From Verrucomicrobiota bacterium (GTDB lineage: Bacteria; Verrucomicrobiota; Verrucomicrobiia; Chthoniobacterales; UBA10450): a stretch of 36,847 bases of DNA. The notes beneath the pieces were generated by a model. It saw only the letters and a list, made by a program, of their open reading frames with translations, searched no databases and was not told where the DNA came from. Location of the stretch: positions 9,548 to 46,394 of the forward strand of contig QHNU01000064.1 of NCBI GenBank assembly GCA_003218525.1, read 5' to 3'. How positions within the stretch are numbered: the first letter of the stretch is position 1; the number at the start of each line of letters is the position of its first letter. The translations under genes and the position numbers were made by a program. Of this stretch, positions 8,879-16,591 are shown piece by piece.

Positions 8879-9877
8879 TTATAGAATCGCGCCGCCGCAG
8901 CTCGAGCCCGCACCGGCCGTACAACCAAAACAGTGATTGCCAGTCATGATCTCGCGATTTTCAACCTTCTCGGGATCGACATCCCAAAGAAACAGCAGCC
9001 GGCCATTTTGCCATTGCATTCCAAGCTGCTGATTGAAGTCGCAATCGTAAACTTCACCTCGCCAGCCTACGCTGATGGTATTGTGGCACATCAAGCCTTC
9101 GCTCGTCGCTGGATTAAAATTTTCGATTAGCAACTGCATGTATTCCTCCAGCTTGTTGTTGTGTTGCAGATAAGAGGCAAAGCGCGCGATCGGCAGGTTG
9201 GCGATGGTGTAAAGTTTGTTGAAGACGATCCCGAAATGTTCACGCAGCTCCCGCTTGTAATCGGCTTCGAGCTCGGCTTGGGGCGGCGGCAAAAACGCAC
9301 CGACTGGATTGTAGACCAGGTGCAACGGTAAATCACTGCCGTATTCCAGCAAATTCAACCGATACAGCGCTTCGATGCTGGCATCGAAAACACCGTGACC
9401 GCGCTGCGCGTTCACGTTTTTCGCCGAATAACAGGGCATCGAGGCGATGATTTCGACTTCGCGCTCAGCCAGAAACTCGGCCAGTCCATCATAGCCGGGC
9501 TCGAGCAAAATCGTCAGATTGCACCGATCGATCACGTGACGCGACGGCGAGAGCGCCTTCACCCGGTCGATGAAGTAGCGAAAATCGGGAATCATTTCCG
9601 GCGCGCCACCGGTCAGATCGATCGTCGGAATATCCGTTAGCGCCAACCAATCCACGATGCGATCGATCGTGGAGCGCTCCATGATTTCTTTGCGCTTCGG
9701 CCCAGCATTCACATGGCAGTGCCCACAGGTGAGATTGCAAAGCTTCCCCACGTTCACCTGTAACACTTCAGTGCACGTGTGGCGCAGCGTCAGCTGATGC
9801 TGAGCGAGCTTCTGCGCGAAACGGTTCACGCCCGACAAGTGGCAAGCTCCACCTCGAATGTCATCGTTGGCGCTCAT
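8879..9877 (-). CDS. arsS: Radical SAM / Cys-rich protein of the ArsS (arsenosugar biosynthesis) family
   Basis: 332 aa. Radical-SAM cluster motif CNLTCGHC, then DLTGGAPE. The C-terminal Cys-rich region (CHNTISVGWRGEVYDCDFNQQL ... HCFGCTAGAGSSCGGAI) is characteristic of this family. Confidence 0.8.
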   Translation of the reverse strand: MSANDDIRGGACHLSGVNRFAQKLAQHQLTLRHTCTEVLQVNVGKLCNLTCGHCHVNAGPKRKEIMERSTIDRIVDWLALTDIPTIDLTGGAPEMIPDFRYFIDRVKALSPSRHVIDRCNLTILLEPGYDGLAEFLAEREVEIIASMPCYSAKNVNAQRGHGVFDASIEALYRLNLLEYGSDLPLHLVYNPVGAFLPPPQAELEADYKRELREHFGIVFNKLYTIANLPIARFASYLQHNNKLEEYMQLLIENFNPATSEGLMCHNTISVGWRGEVYDCDFNQQLGMQWQNGRLLFLWDVDPEKVENREIMTGNHCFGCTAGAGSSCGGAIL

Positions 9878-9965
9878 CTCGGTTGCTTTTGATCAGGTCA
9901 TGCATAATCGGTTTTGCAGCAAATTTCCCATTTTGCCTCGGTCGATTCTGTATGAAGCCGCAAAT

Positions 9966-10499
9966 ATGATATACAAACGCTTTCGAATTCTCGGGGCTGG
10001 TCTCGCTCTGATCGGCATCGGCCTTCCGCTGAGCACGCCTGGCGCGCCGTCAAAGACTTCCCCCTCGCCGAGTGTGTCGCCTCGGCCAGCGACCACGGTG
10101 AAAGCCAGCCCGACCGCGTCACCTGCAAGCTCGGCGGCGGCAAAACTGCATCCGATTACGTTTCACGGCATGATCGTGTCCACGGATGAGAAAGCGAAGA
10201 CATTCACCATCGCGGGCAAGGAGAAATCGGCTTTGTTGAAGATTACCGATAAAACAGTCGTCACGAAAGCGGGTCGGCCGGCGGCGATAAGAGACATAGT
10301 AGCGAACGAAGAAGTTCGAGGGACTTATTACAAAGAACCCAACGGATCGATGGAGGCGCGAACGGTGAGCTTGGGCCCGTTAACCGATGCCGAGATCGCG
10401 GCGCAGCAAGCGCATCGACCAAAACGCGCAGATAAGAAGACAGGCGATTCTCCAGGAATCTCGCCGGTCACGTCTCCTTCAGCTAGCCCAAGAATTTAG
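9966..10499 (+). CDS. Secreted Pro/Ser-rich hypothetical protein
   Basis: The ATG at 9966 gives a signal peptide (MIYKRFRILGAGLALIGIGLPLS). A PS-rich linker follows, then a small beta domain (ITFHGMIVSTDEKAKTFTIAGKEKSALLKITDKTVVTKAGRPAAIRDI). The upstream extension from 9858 is not signal-like. Confidence 0.55.
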   Translation: MIYKRFRILGAGLALIGIGLPLSTPGAPSKTSPSPSVSPRPATTVKASPTASPASSAAAKLHPITFHGMIVSTDEKAKTFTIAGKEKSALLKITDKTVVTKAGRPAAIRDIVANEEVRGTYYKEPNGSMEARTVSLGPLTDAEIAAQQAHRPKRADKKTGDSPGISPVTSPSASPRI

Positions 10500-10602
10500 G
10501 TTGATCGACAGCGACGCTGGCGGGCAATTCCCGGGCCGCGGATCATAACAGGAACTGAGGAAATTTCTGCACAGCGACAGAGCGCCATTGCTACAGCTTT
10601 CA

Positions 10603-11304
10603 TCATTTCGCCGCTTTCACCGCGACCCGCAGATCGGCCACGAAGAGCTTGTATTCGCGTTCGCGCGATTCCTCGTTCGGCTGACGCAAGAGCGACGAGG
10701 GGTGGACCGTTGCTACTGCTTTTTTACCGAAAGGCGATTCCAACACTTTGCCCCGCTCTTTTGTCACGCGGAATGCGGGCCCAAAAACCGCCTGTCCTGC
10801 AGTCGAGCCCAGGCAGACGAGCAAATGTGGTTCCACCAAGCGTAATTCCGCTTCCAACCAGGGACGGCACGCCGCGATATCGCGCGAACTTGGTTTTTGA
10901 TGAATGCGACGTTTCCCGCGCGGCTCCCATTTGAAATGTTTAACCGCATTCGTGACGTAAACTTCGGCCCGATCGATGCCAGACTCTTCGAGAGCGCGAT
11001 TTAAAATCTTCCCAGCCGGTCCGACGAATGGTTTTCCCGCGACATCCTCGTAGTCACCCGGTTGTTCGCCGAGCAGCATCATGGTGGCGTGCTTGGGACC
11101 TTCGCCGAAGACAGTTTGGGTGGCATTTTTGTAGAGCGGACAGGCCGTGCACGACTTCGAGGCCGCGGCTACTTTCGCCAGACTCGTGGTGTCCGGCACG
11201 GGCGCCAGCATCCAGACATTGTCACCAGCCTGTGCAATTTTCCTTCCACTCTGTTCAATCATGAGTCGATACGTTTCCATCGTACCACAATAATTCTTCG
11301 GCAT
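10603..11304 (-). CDS. udgX: Family-4-like uracil-DNA glycosylase of the UdgX subtype (KRRIH loop)
   Basis: Motif A is GEQPGDYED. Also present: PFVGPAG, VTNAVKHFKWEPRGKRRIHQKPSSRDIAACRPWL (the UdgX-specific KRRIH insertion) and HPSSLLR. The Cys pair CTACPLY fits an Fe-S ligand region. Start is uncertain: ATG 11304 preferred, with TTG 11325, ATG 11280 or ATG 11262 possible. Confidence 0.8.
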   Translation of the reverse strand: MPKNYCGTMETYRLMIEQSGRKIAQAGDNVWMLAPVPDTTSLAKVAAASKSCTACPLYKNATQTVFGEGPKHATMMLLGEQPGDYEDVAGKPFVGPAGKILNRALEESGIDRAEVYVTNAVKHFKWEPRGKRRIHQKPSSRDIAACRPWLEAELRLVEPHLLVCLGSTAGQAVFGPAFRVTKERGKVLESPFGKKAVATVHPSSLLRQPNEESREREYKLFVADLRVAVKAAK

Positions 11305-11371
11305 CTGCGCGGCTCTCGCGTGCAAAAGATAATGGGAAAATTTAGCTTCGGAATATCTACTACCCCTCGCA

Positions 11372-11908
11372 ATGATTCTTCAGACAGCGCGTTTAATTCT
11401 GCGTCCCTTTGCTGAGAGCGACCTCGACCGCATCGGTGAGCTGATGGCTAATGAGGAATTCATGAAATTCTCGATGGGGCCAATGACACGACAACAAACG
11501 GCGACATTCCTTCAAAAAGTACTTCTATGGAGTCAGGCCGGATTACCCTCGCAATTTGCCGTGATCGAGCGGGAAACTGGCAGCCTCATCGGCTACTGCG
11601 GCTTTCTGCATCAGGAAGTTGACGGCGCCAAAGAAATCGAGATCGGCTACCGTTTGCATCCGGACTTCTGGAACCGCGGTCTCGCAACTGAAGCTGCGTG
11701 TGCTATCCGAGATCATGCTTTCCGTGACTTGCAATTGGAGCGCGTAATCTCGCTCATTCACCCGGACAATCACGCCTCGCGCCGGGTTATGGAAAAAAAC
11801 GGGATGACGATTGAAAAGCGCACCACCTTCCGGGGATTTCCAACCATTGTTTTCTCGATGAACCAAGAAACCTGGCAACGTCAGGTTCGCTCGGCCACCT
11901 GTCGCTGA
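11372..11908 (+). CDS. GNAT-family N-acetyltransferase (RimJ/RimL-like)
   Basis: 178 aa. TARLILRPFAESDLD..., acetyl-CoA-binding-type segment YRLHPDFWNRGLATEAACAIRDHAF, then HPDNHASRRVMEKNGM. The 3' end overlaps the convergent parA by 28 nt. Confidence 0.8.
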   Translation: MILQTARLILRPFAESDLDRIGELMANEEFMKFSMGPMTRQQTATFLQKVLLWSQAGLPSQFAVIERETGSLIGYCGFLHQEVDGAKEIEIGYRLHPDFWNRGLATEAACAIRDHAFRDLQLERVISLIHPDNHASRRVMEKNGMTIEKRTTFRGFPTIVFSMNQETWQRQVRSATCR

Positions 11909-12660
11909 ATGAATTCTTCCGCTAAGGCGCGATAGGCCCGCGCCCCCGTCCCAGCTGCGTCATATTCTAAAATCGTCTTGCCGAAACTGGGCGCCTCGCT
12001 CAATCGCACCGCGCGTGGAATTACTGTTCGATACACCTTTGAGGCGAAATGTTGTCGCACTTCAGCGACAACCTGTGCACTTATTTTGGTGCGGCTGTCG
12101 AACATCGTCATGACGATGCCGCCAATTTCGATTTGAGGGTTGGCGCCCGAATCGCGCACTTGCTCAACGATCCGCACAATTTTTACCAAGCCTTCGAGCG
12201 CAAAATATTCGCACTGAATCGGAGTGAGAATTTCATCCGCGGCAGCAAGCGCGTTGGTCATGAGAATGCCGAGCGATGGCGGACAATCGAGGAATACGAA
12301 GTCAAAAGCATTATCCTGCCGGAGCGGCCGCAGAGCAGTGGCCAGCCGCAGCAAATGATCTTCCATTCGCGCAATCTCCACTTCCGCGCCTGCTAGATCG
12401 ATATTAGCCGGGATGAGGAACAATCGCTCCAATCGCGTCGGAAGGATTTTATCGATGATCGATGACTCACCCAGGAGCGGATCGTAGAGACTCTGCCCTT
12501 CAAACTCCTGCATACCCGTGGAGCTGGTGGCGTTGCCTTGAGGATCGAGATCGACCAGTAAAAGACGCTGGCCCAGCTCAGCCAAAGCGGCGCCCAGATT
12601 CACTGCCGTTGTGGTTTTGCCGACGCCTCCCTTTTGATTGGCAACCGCGATGATTTTCAC
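11881..12660 (-). CDS. soj: ParA/Soj-type chromosome partitioning ATPase
   Basis: 259 aa. Deviant Walker A in MKIIAVANQKGGVGKTTTAVNLGAALA, then LLVDLDPQGNATS, FLDCPPSLGILMTNALAAAD, PIQCEYFALEGL and TVIPRAVRLSEAPSFGKTILEYD. This is close to my recollection of B. subtilis Soj. GTG start overlaps the upstream stop (GTGA). Confidence 0.9.
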   Translation of the reverse strand: MKIIAVANQKGGVGKTTTAVNLGAALAELGQRLLLVDLDPQGNATSSTGMQEFEGQSLYDPLLGESSIIDKILPTRLERLFLIPANIDLAGAEVEIARMEDHLLRLATALRPLRQDNAFDFVFLDCPPSLGILMTNALAAADEILTPIQCEYFALEGLVKIVRIVEQVRDSGANPQIEIGGIVMTMFDSRTKISAQVVAEVRQHFASKVYRTVIPRAVRLSEAPSFGKTILEYDAAGTGARAYRALAEEFIQRQVAERT

Positions 12661-15068
12661 GTTCGCGGAACGACCAGGGTGCGTAGTTCGAACGTGCGAC
12701 GGCCGTCACGTTCCTGCCAGCAAAGATCACTCGGGCCCGGTAACATTTCAGTCACCTCAAGCTCGCCCGCTTTCGTTAACCAACGATGAAAAATTTCCAG
12801 AAAGAGATAGCTCTCAAGATCGATAAACACAGGCTTGGTATCTTTGTCACGGCCTTCCGCCCCACTCCGCCGCAACGCCTGTTCCGTCGGACGGATGTAA
12901 ACGAAGCGCGGCCAGTCCTGTGCCGCGCGCAATTTCTCGACCGCTATGACAAGAGCGCGTGAAATACCGGAGAAATCTCCGGTTCCGAGCTCGCCAGCCG
13001 AAACCGTCCAGGCGCGCCGTTGCACGATCACTTTGCCGCAGCGCAGCCGCGGCATATGGGGTGACAACCCGAACTGAAAAGGATGAAATCCAAGCGGAAT
13101 CACCCAATTACGCGCAAAGGAACCAAGATATTCCTTCGTGCCGCGCTGATGTAGAGCGACATCACCACTTTTCTCATCGATAAAGACCTCTACCTCTGAT
13201 GGTGGAATGCATCTCCAATCCGGGTGCGCACGCTGCCGAGAAACAAAGACCGAACTTTGTGGTAAAGCGTCAAAGACGCGGACTGTGGTGTGCGCAGTGA
13301 AATCGGCAGCAAAGAATCCAAAATGGCAAACCGGCATACCATTAAGCATCGACTCAAGACCCCGCTTCAACGCCGCGGGGTCGGGACAACTCCAATACAT
13401 ACAGTGATGCAAAATGGCGACAGGTGGATGCAATTCGCCGATAATCCACTGATAATCGCCGCCATTAATCGCTTCGATCGAAGGCGCGGCAAGCTGCAGA
13501 TCGGCTGAAGGATACGTGAATTCATCAAATTTCGGATAGTCAAAATTGCGGCGTACGAGGTGACAGTCTTCGACACTTAGCTCGTATTCAGCTCTTGCCG
13601 CGTGGGGTCGCAGTTGTTCCCGAAAGGCTGCTTTAATTTCCTCAAAAGCGACGTGAGCCATCCCGACCAATCCCGGCCCGGTCAGCGGAACTTTGGCAGC
13701 CTCGCAAAAACGCAAAAAGGCAGGGAGTGCGATCGTACCGCCTTTCGACGACGCCTTTCGCAGTAACGCGCGAAGATTCGCTGTGACCCGTGCTGCAACA
13801 TAAGCATACGTGTCTCGCCAGAAATCGATCCACGGTTCTGCTTCCGTTGCAATTTCGTTGATGAGCTTTTGGTTAATTACGAAATGCGTCTTGCGGAAAC
13901 ATTCTTCGGCAATCGGATTGATTGCTGAATAAAGCGACCGTCGCCCAGCTATTGGGTTTGCTCCGACGGCCGCTAGGCGTTCGCTTGCCTCTCTTAAGAT
14001 TTGCTGACGCTGCTCCGTTTTCGAGGAAGCGGCAAATTTACGTGGCAACTCGGCGAGTGAACGGACCATTGGTAACCATCGATCGCGTACTGCACCCGGC
14101 CGCCAATTCGCGACCTCCCTGTGCAGAGCTTCAAAGGCGAAGGGATCGAGCGCGGGAATTTCCGCGGCCGCGACAAGGACTCGCCGGGCAACAAGATCGC
14201 GAATTATGTCAGTGGACTCAGCGAACGCGTACACTGGCGTGTTTCCATCGCAACGTACCAAAACCGCCGCTCCCGAGGCCCCGACTTGATGCGCTTCACC
14301 CGTGTCCGTAAAAATGAAGTTATCGTCGATCATCAGACCAATGGGATTTGGGCGCGGGCGCAACTCGGGAAAAACTTCTGGATCGGAGTTAATCGCCGCC
14401 GCAACTGCATTCGCCGTCCACCGCTCCAGAAATGCATCTCGCTCCGTTATTCCCGGTGCGGGATCGAATTGCACTCCGGCAATCGCCGGATCGATGCGAC
14501 CCCAGCTGGAGGGACCGAATTCGCTGAAGGTATCGTTTTTCGCCGCGACTCGTTGCAAATAAAGGAGCAAATGGCGTTCGCGTTCACGGGCACGTTTGTT
14601 TCGGGGAGAAAGATCAGTTTCGAGCGAATTCAATAGTTGCTGGGCACTGCCGGCACCAAAGATGAGATACGCTGGAAGAAATCGGCGCGAAGCAGCGAGC
14701 AGAGCGAGACGAGACTTCTCGAGGTCGCGCGCTAAGATCTCGTCTAATCGCTGGCCGGCATGCTCAGCCGCCATTAGAGCGCGCCCGTAATCAGATAGCT
14801 CCAATGGGGCATTTGATTCGATCTTCAGGGGCCGGTTGTTCCGCACGGCCCGCCGCAATTCGTGAAAAGTTTCCCGTGTGAACCCAGTGTCGCGACGGCC
14901 AAGAAGGTCTATCGCGGCCGTCTTCGTTCGTTCGAGATTGTCTTGGGTGAAGATTAGTTCCCGGGCAGCGGCAGCGGTGCTTGTGGTCGCGATTCCGTCA
15001 ACCGCGTCGAACGGCACGCCGGCGATTCTGATCAAAAAGAGTGGCGCGATCTCGTAGGTTGCCGACAT
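12657..15068 (-). CDS. Stand-alone LanB-like protein (lantibiotic dehydratase N-terminal / glutamylation-type domain only; split-LanB or PEARL-like)
   Basis: 803 aa. Segments line up with my recollection of NisB/SpaB. N-terminal APLFLIRIAGVPFDAV. aa ~166-190 LLLYLQRVAAKNDTFSEFGPSSWG (compare LanB ...Y..R...RSTPFGLFS). aa ~672-690 MPRLRCGKVIVQRRAWTV (compare NisB IPRLVFDEIVISPAKWKIW). WPRFVYIRP...KPVFIDLESYLFLEIF (compare ...GDNKLYLDL...). The protein ends right where the SpaB_C elimination domain would begin. Confidence 0.6.
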   Translation of the reverse strand: MSATYEIAPLFLIRIAGVPFDAVDGIATTSTAAAARELIFTQDNLERTKTAAIDLLGRRDTGFTRETFHELRRAVRNNRPLKIESNAPLELSDYGRALMAAEHAGQRLDEILARDLEKSRLALLAASRRFLPAYLIFGAGSAQQLLNSLETDLSPRNKRARERERHLLLYLQRVAAKNDTFSEFGPSSWGRIDPAIAGVQFDPAPGITERDAFLERWTANAVAAAINSDPEVFPELRPRPNPIGLMIDDNFIFTDTGEAHQVGASGAAVLVRCDGNTPVYAFAESTDIIRDLVARRVLVAAAEIPALDPFAFEALHREVANWRPGAVRDRWLPMVRSLAELPRKFAASSKTEQRQQILREASERLAAVGANPIAGRRSLYSAINPIAEECFRKTHFVINQKLINEIATEAEPWIDFWRDTYAYVAARVTANLRALLRKASSKGGTIALPAFLRFCEAAKVPLTGPGLVGMAHVAFEEIKAAFREQLRPHAARAEYELSVEDCHLVRRNFDYPKFDEFTYPSADLQLAAPSIEAINGGDYQWIIGELHPPVAILHHCMYWSCPDPAALKRGLESMLNGMPVCHFGFFAADFTAHTTVRVFDALPQSSVFVSRQRAHPDWRCIPPSEVEVFIDEKSGDVALHQRGTKEYLGSFARNWVIPLGFHPFQFGLSPHMPRLRCGKVIVQRRAWTVSAGELGTGDFSGISRALVIAVEKLRAAQDWPRFVYIRPTEQALRRSGAEGRDKDTKPVFIDLESYLFLEIFHRWLTKAGELEVTEMLPGPSDLCWQERDGRRTFELRTLVVPRT

Positions 15069-15116
15069 CCTGGCAACAAACCGAAAGCACGCGAGCGTGA
15101 CAAGTGAAACCGGCTG

Positions 15117-16271
15117 TCAGTCAGCCACGAGCGGAAGGCGTAGTGTGAAAGCCGTACCAACCTGGGGTGTGCTTTCCACTTTGATCGAACCGTGGTGATC
15201 CTCGATTACCTTTTTCGTGATGTACAATCCGAGGCCAGTCCCGTTCTTGCCCTGTTTCGTCGTAAAATATGGCTCGAAAATCTTCGACATTTGTTCCGCC
15301 GGGATACCGTAACCGGTATCTTCCACGCGAATATCGGCGTAAAAATCTTTTGCTACGCAACTGACCGCAACCGAGCCTTTCTTTTCCGCCGAGGCCTGGA
15401 TGGCGTTCATAATCACATTTTGAATCGCGCGCGTAAGTTGGGTCGGCTCACCCAGCACGGTGCACTCCTCCTCACAAATATTGCAATTCAGTTCCACACC
15501 GCTTTCCACGGCCATCCCACCACTGCTTTTGACCACTTCACGCACGATTTGCGAAATCGAAAGAGGCGTCGGCCTCGTTCCGCGGGTACTGCCATAGCTT
15601 TGCCACATCGTCAGGAGGTCCCGGCAGAGGCGGACGTTTTGCTCGATGATGTTCAATTCCCTCGGAGAACTCGCGCCTGCGCCGTTGCTACTTCCGTAAC
15701 CTGATTGCTCGAGTTTCTTGGCCAAAATTTGCACGTATCCCCATACAATCGTGAGCGGATTGCTGAGGTCGTGGACGAATTCGGCCGAGGCCTGCCCTAA
15801 CGACGCGAGATGCTCCTTCTGGGCAAGCTCGCCCATTAATCGTTGATTGAGCTCTTTAATCTCTTGCGCTGCCTCTACGCTTTTGCGGTGAGCGACCGTG
15901 CGTTCGACATTGCGACTGATTACCTCCCGCATTTTCGCGGCGTCAAACGGCTTATTAATATAATCGTTTGCGCCCAGCCGGAGCGCCTCCTGCGCGGTCT
16001 CGAGCGCACCGAAACCGGTAAGCATAATTACGGAAAGGTAAGGATCGATCTCCCGGATCTTGCGCAGGCCATCAATGCCATTGGTGCCCGGCATACGGAT
16101 GTCCATGACGATTGCATCGGGTGCGTTTTCTTGCAGCAACTGCAGCCCCAACTCCACATTATCAGCCGTGTGAACTTGATAATTGGGTTTTAGCAGCATG
16201 CGCAGACTTTCGCGCGGTCCCATTTCATCATCGATAATGAGAACCTTTGGCTGCTCGGCGGTACGGATCAT
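15117..16271 (-). CDS. Cytoplasmic hybrid protein: N-terminal receiver (REC) domain plus HisKA plus HATPase_c histidine kinase
   Basis: 384 aa. REC: VLIIDDEMG...AIVMDIRMPGTNG...VIMLTGFG...NDYINKPFD. Coiled linker. H-box FVHDLSNPLTIV. N/G boxes NVIMNAIQA, EDTGYGIPAEQMSKIFEPYFTTK, GTGLGLYITKKVIEDHHGSI. No TM segment. Confidence 0.85.
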   Translation of the reverse strand: MIRTAEQPKVLIIDDEMGPRESLRMLLKPNYQVHTADNVELGLQLLQENAPDAIVMDIRMPGTNGIDGLRKIREIDPYLSVIMLTGFGALETAQEALRLGANDYINKPFDAAKMREVISRNVERTVAHRKSVEAAQEIKELNQRLMGELAQKEHLASLGQASAEFVHDLSNPLTIVWGYVQILAKKLEQSGYGSSNGAGASSPRELNIIEQNVRLCRDLLTMWQSYGSTRGTRPTPLSISQIVREVVKSSGGMAVESGVELNCNICEEECTVLGEPTQLTRAIQNVIMNAIQASAEKKGSVAVSCVAKDFYADIRVEDTGYGIPAEQMSKIFEPYFTTKQGKNGTGLGLYITKKVIEDHHGSIKVESTPQVGTAFTLRLPLVAD

Positions 16272-16290
16272 GCGAAGTCGGGCGAATGAC

Positions 16291-16307
16291 AGCTAGGGGC
16301 GTGCCCA
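16291..16307 (-). promoter_or_regulatory. Candidate sigma-54 (-24/-12) promoter for the REC-HK / LanB-like / soj operon
   Basis: The minus strand reads TGGGCACGCCCCTAGCT, that is GGCACG-N4-TAGC with the exact GG-N10-GC spacing of the TGGCACG-N4-TTGC consensus. It sits ~20 nt upstream of the ATG at 16271. No enhancer-binding protein is seen in the window. Confidence 0.3.
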
Positions 16308-16591
16308 GTCAAGTGAGAAATTTAAATCGGCAACTCGTAAGGATAACGGAGTGCATTATTTGAGCCGAGGCTAGGCTGTGGCGAAGAATCGACCTTGTGA
16401 ATTGAAGACAAAAATGTGAATAAGTAAGCGGGCAAGGGTTGGGAAATATAATGACCGCATTTAATGTAGATATTAGAATCGGTTACTTTAGCATACGCCA
16501 GTGGCTCCCCCGCTTCCATCCTTAACATTTCTGCCACTTTTCGGCGGGCGCGCACCGGGGGGGCTCTTTCTCTTTTTCTCTGTTATTTGTC

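Noticed and set aside
11881-16271. Calling the LanB-like locus a class I lanthipeptide or thiopeptide biosynthetic gene cluster.
   Set aside because: No LanC cyclase, SpaB_C eliminase, YcaO, protease/ABC exporter or Cys-rich precursor is visible in the window. It is reported as an orphan LanB-like enzyme in a signalling context instead.
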